Below, in pieces: positions 13,728 to 27,474 of a stretch of DNA of 64,000 nt. Each line of letters opens with the position of its first letter. Position 1 is the first letter of the stretch. A model generated the notes under the pieces. That model was not told where the DNA came from, made no database searches, and worked only from the letters and a program-made list of their open reading frames with translations. A program made the position numbers and the translations under genes. Location of the stretch: assembly GCA_044892525.1 (NCBI GenBank), contig CM097887.1, positions 138,796,397 through 138,860,396 on the forward strand, given 5' to 3'. Origin of the DNA: Schmidtea polychroa. Its lineage: Eukaryota.

Positions 13728-15810
13728 GATAATTGATAACGGTGTTGCAGCATATTTTGATGATGTTCTGAAATATGGAAAAACTATCAAAGAACACAAT
13801 AGAAATTTGGAGGAGAAGTTTTCAAACTAATTAAATCAGCAGGATTAAGGATCAATCCTAAGAAGTGTAGTTTTTTAAGAGTGAATTGATATTCTTGGGC
13901 TATAAAATTTCAGCAGAAGGAATATCCACGAATAACAATATGACAAAGAAAATTATTAAGGTTGAAATACCGAAATGCAGAAAACAACTACGTTCATTTT
14001 TGAGATTAGCAAATTATTATCGCAAATTTGTTCCAAATTTTGCTGAAATAGCCAAACCGTGGTATGAAGCTACAAAGGGACATGATAAAGATATTAAATG
14101 GAATGACAAGTGTGAAGAAAGTTTCCGAAAACTTAAACAGGTATTATCGAGTGCACCAATCTTGGCGTTTCCAAATAAGGTCGAATTGGTGCTGTTCTAA
14201 GTCAAGTTCAAAATGGTTGTGAAAAAGTCATATCATATGGTTCAAGACTTTTAAGTGCTCACGAGAAAGGATACTGTGTAACTAGAAAAGAACTATTAGC
14301 AATATACGAGTACGTCCTATATTTTCGGCATTATTTATATGGAAAGAAGTTTGATATACGTACGGATCATAAGGCTTTAAAGTTCTTAAAATCAACTTCG
14401 AAACCAATAAGTCCAAAATTCCAAACATGTTTGAGTGAGTTGTCAGGTTATGATTTTGATTATAAAATATAGGAAGGGTGAAAATCATAACAACGCTGAT
14501 GGACTATCGAGGATATTGTTAATTTATTGCTCACAATGTCAAACCGAACACGAAGAAGGAAAACTTGAGAAGAGCCGGATAAGATTTTTAAACGTTATTA
14601 CTTCAAGTAATTTAAATATGCAGTTATATATTGAGAATCAGGAAGCAGATAATTTGTTGTCTACAATAAAGAAATATGTACTAAACCCGAGTCCCGAGAT
14701 ACTTCACTTGATTCGGGATTCAAAAGATTGGATCAGATATTGGTAAAAGACAATATGTTATTAATAGTAAATGATGATAAGCAGAAGATAATAATTTCGC
14801 AGAAGATAGCGTCACAAGTCGTACAGCATAAGCACAAAGAACTCTGTAATTTAGGAGTTAAGGAAACAACAAATTATATGAACGATTATTTCTTTTGGAT
14901 AAACATGGTAACCGATATACGAGATATTATAAAAAATGTGATATAAGCATGAGAAGGAAAGTTTTGAGAAGTAAAACAGCTGAAAATTTAATTTCTAGGG
15001 TAATAATGAATTCGATGGAACAAATCGTAATCGATATTGCTCATATGAAGGAAACCAGAAACCGTACCAGTTATTTGGTAGTAATAATTGATCAGTGCAG
15101 CAAGATGGTTAGTTTAACGCCTACTCCGAACAATGACGAAAAGATTGTATATCGTGTACTTTTACACAATTGGATATACAAATTCGGTAAATTAGCTTAC
15201 ATTGTTTCGGGTAGAGGTAAGGTTTTCGAGGGAAGTCAAATCAAAGGGCTAGTTGATAATTTTAACATCAAATTTTACTTCGCCATATGATCATAAGTCT
15301 AATGGTTTAGCAGAACGGGTAATACGAACAGTTCGTGATATGATCGTGACATTTTTGAGTGATGGTCAAACTGGAGGGTGTTGGGACGACATCATGCCAA
15401 AAATTGAATATTCCCTAAACTCAACAACACAGAATTCTACGGGATTTACGCCAATGGAAATACTATTTGGAAGAAAGGTTAATATACATGGAAAGAATTC
15501 ATTCATAGATCTTAATCGAGAACAAGTATTATTGACAGCACAGAATAATGTTATGGTAGCGGCAGATAAAATGAGATTAAGAGATGCAGATAAGAAATGT
15601 CATCGGCATTTTGAGGTGGGTCAAAGAGTTCTTGTAAAGATGGATAAAAAAATAGAGATCAAAACATGGTAATTTGTTCGAGGGTCCTGTAAAGATTCTT
15701 GGTTTTCCAACGGAACACTAAGTTGACCTAGAATATCCAGATGGGAAAAGATGCAGAAGAATTGAATGGCTGAAAGAGTATCACAGTTCATAAAGAAGGG
15801 GAAAGTGAAG
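13728..15810 (+). mobile_element. Decayed Ty3/gypsy pol fragment (RT end, RNase H, integrase) ending in a PPT-like tract
   Basis: AYFDDVL, FLGYKIS, LANYYRKFVPNF, ELLAIYE..TDHKAL, YRKGENHNNADGLSR, SNGLAERVIRTV; many stops; AAAGAAGGGGAAAG at ~15797. Confidence 0.92.
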
Positions 15811-16789
15811 ATATTTAAAATGATATATTGTTTAAATATTCAGATTTTATAATAAATATATATTTGAAAATAACGTGTTAGTTTAATGACTTTTAATGAA
15901 ATGTTACTAAGATGATAAGAAATTAAACGAAAAAGAGAAAGAAGATTGACAATCCAAGGAAAAAGATGGAAAACGAATGCCAGTAGAAAACGAAATAAAG
16001 CAATGCCTAAAAGAACTAAGGAATCAGAAGGGAAAACGAAAGAAAAATCGAATTTTGAAAAACAGAGGGTATGCCTACTTGCAATGCAGAAAGAATTAGA
16101 AAGATGAATGCTATTAATGACTATTATATTAGCAACAGTCAACTTAATGACAGCGCAATATATATTGAGAGATCGCAGAAGACACATAACGAAAACCTAT
16201 GCAACAGCTATGACAACAACAACAACAGCGGTAGAAACAAAAACACCGATATCAAGAGAGGAAAACAAGCACCACCGACAACGATGGGAAGCTCAAATGT
16301 GATTACACACGCCAAACAAAGAAGGGATGTCAACAGCAGCATCTAAAAGTAACAAACCAAGACAAGATACCCATAAAAGAACTATGTGTACAGAAAACAT
16401 ATGACGATGGTAATAGAATCAAAACAACCAGATGTATCACGGAATGGTTATAGCAAGGTGGCAAGATAATCACCGGACATTTTCCAAAGCTGCTGCTGCT
16501 GATCCTTCTACTCGTCGTCAGATCACAGAACATGCAGCCAATGGATAAATCAAGTTCAAATCAACAATTACGCTCGGATAATAGAAACTGCACCATCACA
16601 ATTGAATTTCTAAACAACCAGAAATCAGGATAGTCATATTCAATGAAATGTAATTCCATTACTAAATTCGCAAATACCAGATATGCTTTGTACAAAAATG
16701 TGGAATCCAATAAATATATTTTTTCCGATTATTATTATATTCTTATTATTATATAACAGACAGTTTGGCCAAATAGGTATATTATATAG

Positions 16790-17709
16790 CAGGTCTCGGC
16801 AACCTACGGCCCGCGGGCCTCATGCACCGATATAATTTTAGGGAAAATAAACAAACTTAGAGCGTGACTGTGCCGAAACGTGGGTGGTGACAAAAATGCT
16901 CGCTAACACAAGCATAGTAAATAGCTAATTTACTGAATGAGTATAATCCCACCGACTTCAAAAGAAAGATTAATGAGGAAAACCGCGAATTTAATGAAAA
17001 GTTGTCATTGTCATTTTCCTACTTTGAAAACGTTTTTAAACATAGAAGACAAACAATGTCCTCCGGATATTTTTATTGAGTCACTAAAACTACTGGAGGA
17101 GAATTTTTGTCATCAGTTGCAAGATTTTTATGCAAAAGAAATAGACATTAATATTTGAAAATCCTCTTAAATTTGATATTGTAAAAGCACCAGACAATTA
17201 ACAACTAGACCTAATTAATTTGCAATCTAACAAGGTATATAAAAATAATTTTGATGAAAATAATTTAATTGCATTTTATTCAAATCTACCAGAAAACAAA
17301 TTTCCCAATTTAAGAAATTTTGCAAAATCAATGATTTGTATTTTTTCAAGCACTATTTATGCGAACAAACATTTTCTAGAATCAATTTAATAAAATCATA
17401 ATATAGAACGAGGTTGACGGATGAAAATTTACAGCACTTGTTAAGGATCTCAGTATCCCAAACAGAACCGAACTTAAATGAATTAACAGAAAATATTATA
17501 AAACAAAAAGCACAATGAATGATAAATGAATAATAAATGAATAAACTGAAAAATTTGCTATTTTCATATTTATTCTATATTTATTTTTAATAATATTTAT
17601 ACTCGTTTATGGTATGAAAGTGTTATTTAAGATACATTTGAATGTGCGGCCCAGATAAAAAATTAATTTTGATAATGGCCCGTCGTCCGTAAAAGGTTGC
17701 CGACCCCTT
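16790..17709 (+). mobile_element. Internally deleted hAT transposon (Charlie/SPIN-like) with transposase C-terminus
   Basis: TIRs CAGGTCTCGGCAACC and GGTTGCCGACCCCT. Broken frames give FPNLRNFAKSMICIFSSTYLCEQTFS..YRTRLTDENLQHLLRIS (hAT dimerisation domain). Confidence 0.88.
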
Positions 17710-20049
17710 ATATATTATTATATATTAGTTAGATAATTACATACGTTATTTACATAATTATATAATCAAATCACTTGACATTTTGTATTTAAGTTTGGAC
17801 CCGGGTGATTGAAAAGTAATTAAAAAATAACTGCACCGTTGGTCAAAGAAAAAGTATCGCATGACCATAATTTTACAAGTTAATAGGTAAAGGCCTTAAC
17901 GTATTTAACGTAGCTCGATGTAGTAAACTACTTTGTTAATATTTTGTAAATTAAAAAATCCTTTTTAAAATTACTTGCAAAATGAATACAAAAAAGGTAC
18001 ACTTGTACAGAAAATGTATAAACAGTATTTTCCTTTGGTTGGCAGTGTACTCTTATGGTTTCTCCTCACACCTAACTGCTTTATAAACTTAGACATGCCC
18101 GGCTTAAAGCAGTGGACATGTCCAGAATATTCTGATATAGATTCCTCGTTCGTGATAAGGAAGTTTTCATCTAAATATTATGTATTGAAATTTATAGTTT
18201 TTGCATTTATGTTTCCCAAATTTAGTGGGTTAAAATATTTTTTAATTAGATTTTTGATAACATAAAAATATGCTTTTAACCAACTGCGATATATTTATTT
18301 TTATAATTAATAAATTAAAACATTTATTATAAAAATAAAAATTTATTCTAAATTTTAAACTTATCTAATAGATGTGGGAATATTTTCAAAATCAAAATGA
18401 TGACACTTTGGTATTAAAATTGGTTTATCTTCTCTTTAAAGAACAACTTCAGTTTTTGTAAAATTATTAGAAATGAAAATTTTTGAAAATAAGAATATAG
18501 AGATAAAGGGGAAAAATCGAAAATATTGGAATTGATATCTTGTTATTACTGTGTGAGCTCAAAGTTGATTTTGATATCTTGAGTAATTGAGGAGATTGTG
18601 GAGATGCAATTATTTCTGCTTTTTGTAGTACCGACAATGGAAGATTATGCTGAATTTCTGGATAGTTTCTGTTAATCATCAACTGCAAAAGTTTCGCGGA
18701 TAATACGCATTCCTGAAATAAAATATCTTTAAATAAAATCAAGAATTCTTTTAAAATAATTTATTTTTCATTAAGATAAAAGTCAAATTCAAATTATACA
18801 GATTATATACACATTAGACCCAGAAAAAAATTAATTCCTAATAAAAAAATAGGAAAGTCATAGTAACATTTAATTGATTCCGATTGGCTGAATTTTTGCC
18901 AAATAATTGGATGTCGCAATATATTCGAGAACAGTCTAAATTTTATTTTATTTGACAACTTAATTTAATGTGGCATTAGCAATTCTCTAAATGAAAAAAA
19001 TATGACTCCTTCTTTATTGACGATAAAAATGAACATGACTTAACCCTAACCTTGATGATCCATACACAGATACAGTGGAATTAAAAACTGATGAAATTAA
19101 TGAACTTTTACTTGTAGTGAATCTAACATTGCATTTGAAAGATTTTAGTATTGGACTATTTTAAACTTATTTTCTTATCATTAATTTTATTTATAACATT
19201 ATGCACCAAAATATATGTATTAGATGAGCGCAGTAGATCTATATCATGATGTGAAATCCAAATACAAGATAATATTCGGCATTATTCATTTAGGAATTTA
19301 ATATTACAATATTTATACATATGGTTTTGGGTCACATTTTGGACAATAATAAAACTATATTTAGCAAGTTTAGACCTAATTTCAAGGGAATTACGTAACT
19401 TTTAAAACTAAAAATTTAATGAAAATTACAATGAATAAAGAATCTATGTTGAAGTTGTATTTACGAATCATGACCCATTCAAATATAAATTATAAAACGA
19501 AGTATTATAAGATGGAAGAAATGATAATTTCAAAAAGATTTCAATATAATGACAAATTCAATACAATGACTGCAAAGAAAGCTATTTTAGATGTGCACTG
19601 AAATATTATTCATATCAGACAATTTAATTTTATTAATTTGTCTTGCTACCCCAAAATTATGAATTAAAATCAATAAAGAAATATATTTTTATTATTTTGA
19701 TATTTATATGATCCAGTTGGATGCATACTACTTTGAAACAAGTCGCGGGTTTCGGCCCTGTTAAACCAACAATATATATTTAATCGAAGGATCTTTAAAT
19801 AACAAATTTTAATTTCACAGAAACCGCAAACTCCAATTATTAAAACAAATATACATATATATATATATACACAAATATATATATATATATAGTTTCAAAC
19901 AATTTTTTCATATTTTTCTTAGTTTAAGCTGTTCACGCTTTCTTTTGCCATATAGAAAATCTATTTTTAAGCTGCCTGAAATTTGATCAATGTCTGAAAC
20001 TGTAGTGTAATAAGTTTTCTTTTCTTTTCGCAATAAAATGCCTATTCTG

Positions 20050-20830
20050 ACTAATCAATAAGTTTCGCTGTAGCCACATTCGTGCACGTCCTGCAACAAT
20101 AATCACCTCTTTTCTTTAGTCATTTGATTTAACTTGATTTTTTTTATTTTCCTTTCTTCTGACTTTAATTTCCCTTTAATCATACTGTTGAATTATTCGT
20201 CCCTACCTGAGTTTGAGCTCCCTTATATAATTGAAATAACTGCATCGATTAATGGCGTTTCAATAAGATCGTCTTCCTTTGACAAGCTTTGCCTCGCGGC
20301 CCTTTTCATCTTTTCTCCTTTGAAAGAAATGATTAATTGTCCTATCGTGCGTCCCTCCTGTGATAACCTTTTACCCGTTTTCCAATTACTCATATTTTCA
20401 TTATAATGGTTTTCCCGAATCCATTTTATTTACCTTTTTCAGTAAAATAGGGTTTTCAATAATTAATAAATTACCAATTAATTAACGAATTTCTGTCTTT
20501 GTACATTTTCTTGCATTTCGACTCTTTCTGAATATATTCTAATGAATCCGTTCTCATCGTGATCTTTCTTATCATCTCCATTCCATCTGACCCGTTATCC
20601 AAATTTTATTTCGATGATTTCTTGCTTTTGAATTTTCAATATTCCTTTTTTAATTTATTTGGAAATTTTAAATTTAAGAACCCCAACAAAAATATGTTTT
20701 TACCTAAAATTATAAATAGTTATAATTATTTATCGCATCGAGGTCTAAGTGGATTGAGACTGGTTGATATCTCATCTAAAAGTTCAGTTAAATTATTTCT
20801 TTCTTAAATAGTTTTGATTCAATTTGGAGT
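20050..20830 (-). pseudogene. Decayed LTR-retrotransposon-like coding remnant
   Basis: Purine-rich broken frames similar in composition to neighbouring gag remnants. Confidence 0.3.
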
Positions 20831-21299
20831 GATGACGTCTTCGTAATTTCAAAATATAATGTGAAACAGTATCCGGTTATGCATAACTATTTTAAAAATC
20901 CGGTTATGTTATTAAAGACTATGATAAAAATATTGATTAAGGGAAATTTTATGAGCAGGAATTACAAGTTATCCTATTACATACAGTGCTCAGAATCCAG
21001 AAATTATTGAAAACTAAAAAGATTAGTAAGGATAAACAATACTGTGTCAAATGTCATGGATATCAAAACTCATCATGGATATCATAAAAAGATCTAGTAA
21101 AGTAAATTTCTATATTATTTTACCAAGCAAAAGCTGTCCAAAACAATGAAGCAAGTAAATTTATTATAGATCTTCAAAATTCAATACATTTACACGGCGA
21201 TTGGAAAGTAGCGTTGTTAAATTTCACGTTTGTGTATGTGTTGGGGTTGGATCCGATAAAACGATAGCCATAAGGCCTAATTAGAGAAGAATAATAATT

Positions 21300-22200
21300 A
21301 ATATAAATAAGGAATTGCTAAAAATAGCATAAAAATGGTAAAAATAATTTTGAAGCACAAGCTAACAATGCCAAATTTGACAACGTTCTTCTTAAAACAT
21401 GGCCTTGATAATGAAGAAGAAAACGTGAAATAAAAAGATATGAAATTACTGAAGATTTGCTGAAAGTAAAATTATCGAAAGAAGATTTAAGAAATGATGG
21501 AGAGCCAGTACAAAAAGGTCCAATGGCAAATAAATATATTAAAAGAATTTTACATAAAATATATGATGAAAATAAATCCAAGATACAACAAGTTTCAGCC
21601 GTAGGAAATACCTCATACGTGTCAGTTGTGAAAAACGGTCGATACAATAATAATGAGAAAAGAAATAATTATGGAAATCAGTGTAATCAAAGTGATAACA
21701 AAAATGAATATTCAAAATTACAAAGAAATCAATTCCAAGGACGAGCAAATTATCAAAGAAATTTCAATAGATATTTTTTAACAAAAATGGTGCTAATGTA
21801 AGTTGATCGAATCGAAAGAATGATACTAATGTTCTTTCAAAAAATAATTGTCAAAACTTCAAAGAAAATGAAACTAAAGAATTTGATTGAAAAACGTAAG
21901 AAGAGTAAGAATTCATATAAAATTCCACCGAAAACTAATTACACAGAACCAATGAAGTTTCAATTATCAAAAAAAAACTTAAAAAATTCAAAACATCTAG
22001 AAAAATATAAATTCCATGGAGCTTACCATATTTTACTTCATTACTTAAGGCTCCAAAAATAATTAAAAATGATAATTTTACAATCATTCCAAACATTTGT
22101 GACATTATAATGAAAATTGTACATGAAAAAGTATATATTAGCAATGCAAGGAAAGAAATTTGGAGTAATTACTGGAACGAGTAACATGCGAGGCGTACTA
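21300..22200 (+). pseudogene. Decayed gag-protease remnant of an LTR retrotransposon
   Basis: Asn/Arg-rich gag-like tail followed by a degenerate aspartic-protease-like FFDKNGANVS segment. Confidence 0.45.
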
Positions 22201-23697
22201 ATTAGATTTTTAAATTCTATAATTAATATTCAAAATACTCAGTCTAAAGGTATTTTGAATATATTTATTTTGTATGAAAACAAAATTTTTAAATTTAAAA
22301 TTTAAAATTTAAATTGAACTTGATTTTTTATAATAATTTAAAAATACTAAGGTTGGCAGTCTTGCATTTGAGCATATTTAAAATTAAGACGCATTAAACC
22401 TTTCGACGATAATATTTAGTCATTAAAACAAAACAATTAGAATTATGCCTGATTCATGTTATACAGTATTGAAGATATAATGAGCCTGATAAATAAATAA
22501 ATAAAAATTATTACTATATAAATCTGTATCTCTGCAACAGTACTCTTGTCATAGGCGCTTGTATGGTTTATGATTCATGGAAAAACCTTATCACTTACAA
22601 CCAGCTGACTATAATTATTAGAAGCAGCTAGAATATCTTATAAATTATTTTTTAAATCAGGTTCAAAAGATAATGTCATAATTCCAAGTATTTATTTAAT
22701 GAAATATTGTATAATTTTCAAACAAATTTTCAGCGTTGAATAAAATATTTTCAAAACCGTTTATTAAAATTTAAATATTTAAAATATATTTATTTAAAAA
22801 TTATTTACTAATAAAACTTCTTTTAAAAAACTTATTTAATTTTTCAATTTAAAAATTATTTTAAAAGTTATTTTAATAGTCCATTATTTATCATTTAAAA
22901 TTATTTTAATAAATTATTGATATATTTAATTCTCAGCTGAAAACACCTCACAATAATAAATATGCATTAAATGTTAATCTTATCATCTACTTGTTTAACA
23001 TATAATTTATGGCGTTACCAAGAAAACATCATTTTAAACTTAAAATCTAATAATTATTTCTAAGAATAATTTGATATTGAATTTAACAATTTATCAAATT
23101 AACACCAATCTATAAGATAAATAAAAATAAATTTTATTATAAGATCAAGAATAAAATCTTCAAAAAATGATATTTGTAATTAGCACTTACTGCTATTAAA
23201 TGACCAATTCGTTCTTCATTTGACGGTGACCAATATTTGTAGGGAAACTGATTATGTTGCTCGTTAGATCGCAATAAATTGATTTCCAGAATAAATGTGA
23301 AATAAAGATCATGAACACTATGAAATATCAAACGACAATGCTTGAGCCCAGTAGACATTTTCATAAGAGAATTAAGAGAGGATATTATTGATTGAATACC
23401 ATCAACAAAATTCTGATTTATGATTAAGACAAGTTCATTTTTGTTAAACTGGATCAATAGCTTATATCCTAAATTATATTTTTAATTTAAAATTGAAGAA
23501 ATATAATTAATTTCCAGAGTACAATTGTGAGAAAGTAAACTGCAATAGAAAAGAGGATTAAGTTTAATTAACAAATAAATTGTGAATCTCTATAAACCAA
23601 TGTTAAGCAAAATAAATCAAGAATCAACAAACTCTTAAATGTAATGTGCCTCGTTCCCTCGCATAAATTCTTGAGCGTGTATGAAAACTAAAATTAG

Positions 23698-24072
23698 GGT
23701 ACTTCCGTGTTATCTTACCCCCAAAAATTAAATTAAAAAAGAACACATACAATTATTATATTTATTTTCTAAATCACAGTTACAAACTCAGCAAATGTTT
23801 GTAAAGAGTTTGTAAATGGTCATCCAGGTGGCCAGAAAACCACAATGTCGTTGAGAATAGTGTCGAACACATCGGCACTGTTGCTTAGAACACGTTTGCG
23901 CCACATAAACTCACATAATCACATAATCACATAAATCACAGATAGCCTTAATAAATTCATGTTCAATAATGTTCAATAACGTCATCAATAATGTATTCTC
24001 TCATTTTTTATATTGTTATTTTAATTGTATTTTATAATTTGATTTTTGGGGGTAAGATAACACGGAAGTACC
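23698..24072 (-). mobile_element. Merlin/ISXO2-type non-autonomous element
   Basis: About 30-bp TIRs starting GGTACTTCCGTGTTATCTTACCCCC; perfect 8-bp TSD AAAATTAG (23690-23697, 24073-24080); interior encodes LCEFMWRKR..VFDTILNDI (Merlin transposase C-terminus). Confidence 0.85.
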
Positions 24073-26299
24073 AAAATTAGTTATTTGAAATTATTATTTT
24101 TATCAAAAGATACGTAATCCGAAATATAGTGTTTGGTCATTCTATTATTGACAATCTTATGTAAATGCGACCTATAAACTTTGTTCATAATTGCTCTTGA
24201 TCCTTCAAAACAGTGCTGTCTAATAAAATAAATTTGGAAACACAATTCAAAGCCAAACATCTCACTAAAAACATGCTTGAAAGTTTTATTCATTTTACTT
24301 TTATTGAATTATTATTGAGCAATGAACTGTATAATAGTCTAAAACTCTAAACTTTAATGTTATAAATAAATTTTATAATACATGTTATAAATTTCAGTGG
24401 TGTTTAGTGATCATTCCATTTCAGTTTTGTTTGCGGCTCCCGGCTTTTATAGAATTTTTTTAGTGCCCTAATGTGTAAGAAAGGTTGGACAGGTTTTATG
24501 CATCACTCAAAATAAATAAAATATTTAAATTCAACTAAATTGAATTAACTATGTATTTTTAAAAGCTGTGCATAATATTTGAAGTGTTATAGAAATTAAA
24601 ATTAGCTTTGTAATAGTTTCCAAGCAATAAAACATAAATCTTTATAATTTATTTACTTTTTAATTGATCAAGTAACCGCAAAGTGTGATTGTGAAACCCA
24701 ACAATATATTTAAATTAGCCAAACTTATCAATGGTTTGGAAGAAGCAGCAGAAGGATACTGAGTTCTAAAAATTTAGGATTTATCAAATTGTGCTAACTC
24801 ATGTTTTGGAAAATAAAAACGAAAAGTCATCGGATGAGTTATACTTTTTGTGAAAAAATTCCATATATTTTTAATAGTTTTTTCCCAAACACAGAGTGTA
24901 TTTTCTTTACTCTGTCATATTATTTTTTTCAAAAATTTTGCTTTTCCCATATAACAAAGATCATGAATCATAATTTTATTGAAATTTTTTCCATCTTCAC
25001 TTGATAAAGAAATCTTTTAATTTCCCCAAAAGTCAAGTATTCCCTATATATTATGGTCACAATTTTTAGTGTGTAGTTAGAGTCGTCTGTGCTTTATTCA
25101 ACTTTGCACTTTAGATTTTATTCAAACATAATTTAACAGATCGGTAACATCATGGAGAACGTGTTGAACCATAAATTCCAAGGTTTCATAAAGGTCAAAG
25201 GTCAATACGGTCAAAAGCCCAAAAACCTAAAATTTTTATTACCATTTAAAATTTTTATTTACCAGTTGAAAGAAGAGATATCTATCTAACGACTCTGCTG
25301 ACCATATAATGTACAAATAATAAAATTAAATTATGTAAAATGTATTATAATAAAAAACAAATAGTTTAAATAAAAAGAGTAAGCTAGAAAAACATACCGA
25401 TACAAAAAATTACAAGAAAGACGATTCCAAATTTCAAAACGATTGCGCAATACGGATCGATCATCAATCCACATTCAAATACAGTTCAACATTCAATTTC
25501 TAATTCAATTACAGATCATACAAATTGTGAAAATAAACTTATATCTCGTCGATTTATTCATTTAAAATGTGTAACGTCACAACGGTGTCAGTAGAAAGAA
25601 ATTGAAATCTTACAAACTAAAATTATTGATCACTATTTCATTATTTACAATTATACTAAATTATTAATTCATATTTATAATATCCATAATTTTAGTATTT
25701 ATACTGACCAACTATATTTAACCGATTCTACTACACTCGACAATGAAATAGAATTTGGATAATAATAATGAAAATTTATGCGGATTTAGAAATAAGGTTA
25801 ATTTGTTAGCGATTATGATTTTACCGAATTATTTCCATTTTCCCTTTGTTGGGATTTGATTTATCGGCAGTGAGATTCTGTTATAAGGAATTTTACTGCC
25901 TTTGTATTTTATTTACTAAAAAATTGGGATTCATTTATCAAAAATGGAATGAATAGCTTTCTTTTTGTTTTAATAGATACAATTTTTGTTAGTTATTTCA
26001 AATTATATATTTCGAAATTTTAATTAATATCTTTTTGTAAATTATATTTTAAAATTTAATTAAAAAACCCATTAATATGTTATCGAGTAATAATGGCGAT
26101 CGGCATGGTTTACAGGTGATTTCAGATTTTGTCCCGGTCTCAGAATAAAAATAAGCAATAAAAACAATAATGAATATTGTTTAATAATAATAATAGTAAT
26201 AACGCAATGAATTTTTGTGTTATTTGGGAATTTCATAAAATTAGGAAAAGTCTTTTGAGAGCTTCGATATTGGTACCAAAAAAATTAATTTAGTTTATT

Positions 26300-27450
26300 T
26301 TTTTTTTGAGGTACTCCCGTGGTAATTTTCGGACTGACTAAGATAATTGACGACATAAGATTTTTTATTTATAAATGCAAATCTATTTTTAAATTAGTTC
26401 AATTTTATTTCCAGCGTCTTCGTATCACATTTGTAACAAACCAACGTTTCTTCTCTCTCACATCTCATTGCATTGAAAAATATAACGTCCTGTTCTATCA
26501 AGGTGGCCCTGTCAACGCTGGTTGTTGGCTGATTCACTATCATTTTCCTCTTCAATTTAGACTTTTGTTTAATTAATAATTCTGGTTCCACTTTTAATTC
26601 TGCTCTCTCTTCCAAAGTTGGTAATAAGATCGTACAGGCTTTTCCCACTACGTACATTGAGGACTCTGTTGCAATTTGGTACTATATAGATATATCCATT
26701 TGCATTTATGTATCGTCCTCACATTCCATCTGACTTGTAAATGCTTAATTTCTTGATTTATATTCTGCCAACAAATACATTTTAGAAATAACTTTGCGTG
26801 GTTATACAATGTGATCTTTCCATTGATTTTCTGCCTCCTTATAGATCAGTCGAATTCTCTTCGCATCTTTTTTGACCGAATGAAATCTAGTTTGTGTTTC
26901 TCCACATATTTCTTTCATCAGTGTTTGGAGTTTAAACCATAACCCCTTTTTCGTTATTTTCAGTTTTTCGAATATTGGTGTTGCCGCCAAGTCTCTTATA
27001 CGATATAGCTTTCATACACAGATTTTCAAATTGCAAGCTTCTGAATTTTACGCATCTCGCGTATTGGTCTGATTGATTTCTGAATGTTGCCTCATTTATC
27101 CCATGACAGAAAGAAACATAATTTTGGATCATCCTTGGCGCCAATAAACTTATTTCCTCACTTTCCAATTTTTATTTACAATCTCGATTTTGCAGTTGAT
27201 AACGTTCATTTTAATTTCTTCTCTAACTTTGAAACTAATTTTCTCGATTAATTTTTATCCTTATTGTCCAAATGAATAGTTTCATTTTCCTGTCATCTGT
27301 GCGTTACCAGTTTTGTATAATCAAATTGTTTTCTATTTTGAACCTTTGTTTGCTCTTCATTCTATGATAGTTATCGTAGATCATCATGGTGCTATCTTTC
27401 TAAAGTTCCATTTTTTTCTCTAAAGATATTTGAAATTAGTTATCGTAATT
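26300..27450 (-). pseudogene. Decayed gag-like region of an LTR retrotransposon
   Basis: Broken frames downstream of a putative LTR at ~27475-27767. Confidence 0.4.
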
Positions 27451-27474
27451 TAAAATTTCCGATAGTAAAATTGT

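Larger units (their letters stand above)
17980..25950 (-). other. Possible scattered exons of an unidentified host gene, interleaved with TE debris
   Basis: Short open minus-strand segments with protein-like composition (18467-18742, 23137-23457, 24081-24293), some ending in GT donor-like sites. No family recognised. Confidence 0.25.

Noticed and set aside
15900-16700. Possible env-like ORF after the decayed gypsy pol (hydrophobic stretch plus Thr run)
   Set aside because: Lies beyond the PPT-like tract, has many stops, and shows no Cys pattern or TM anchor.
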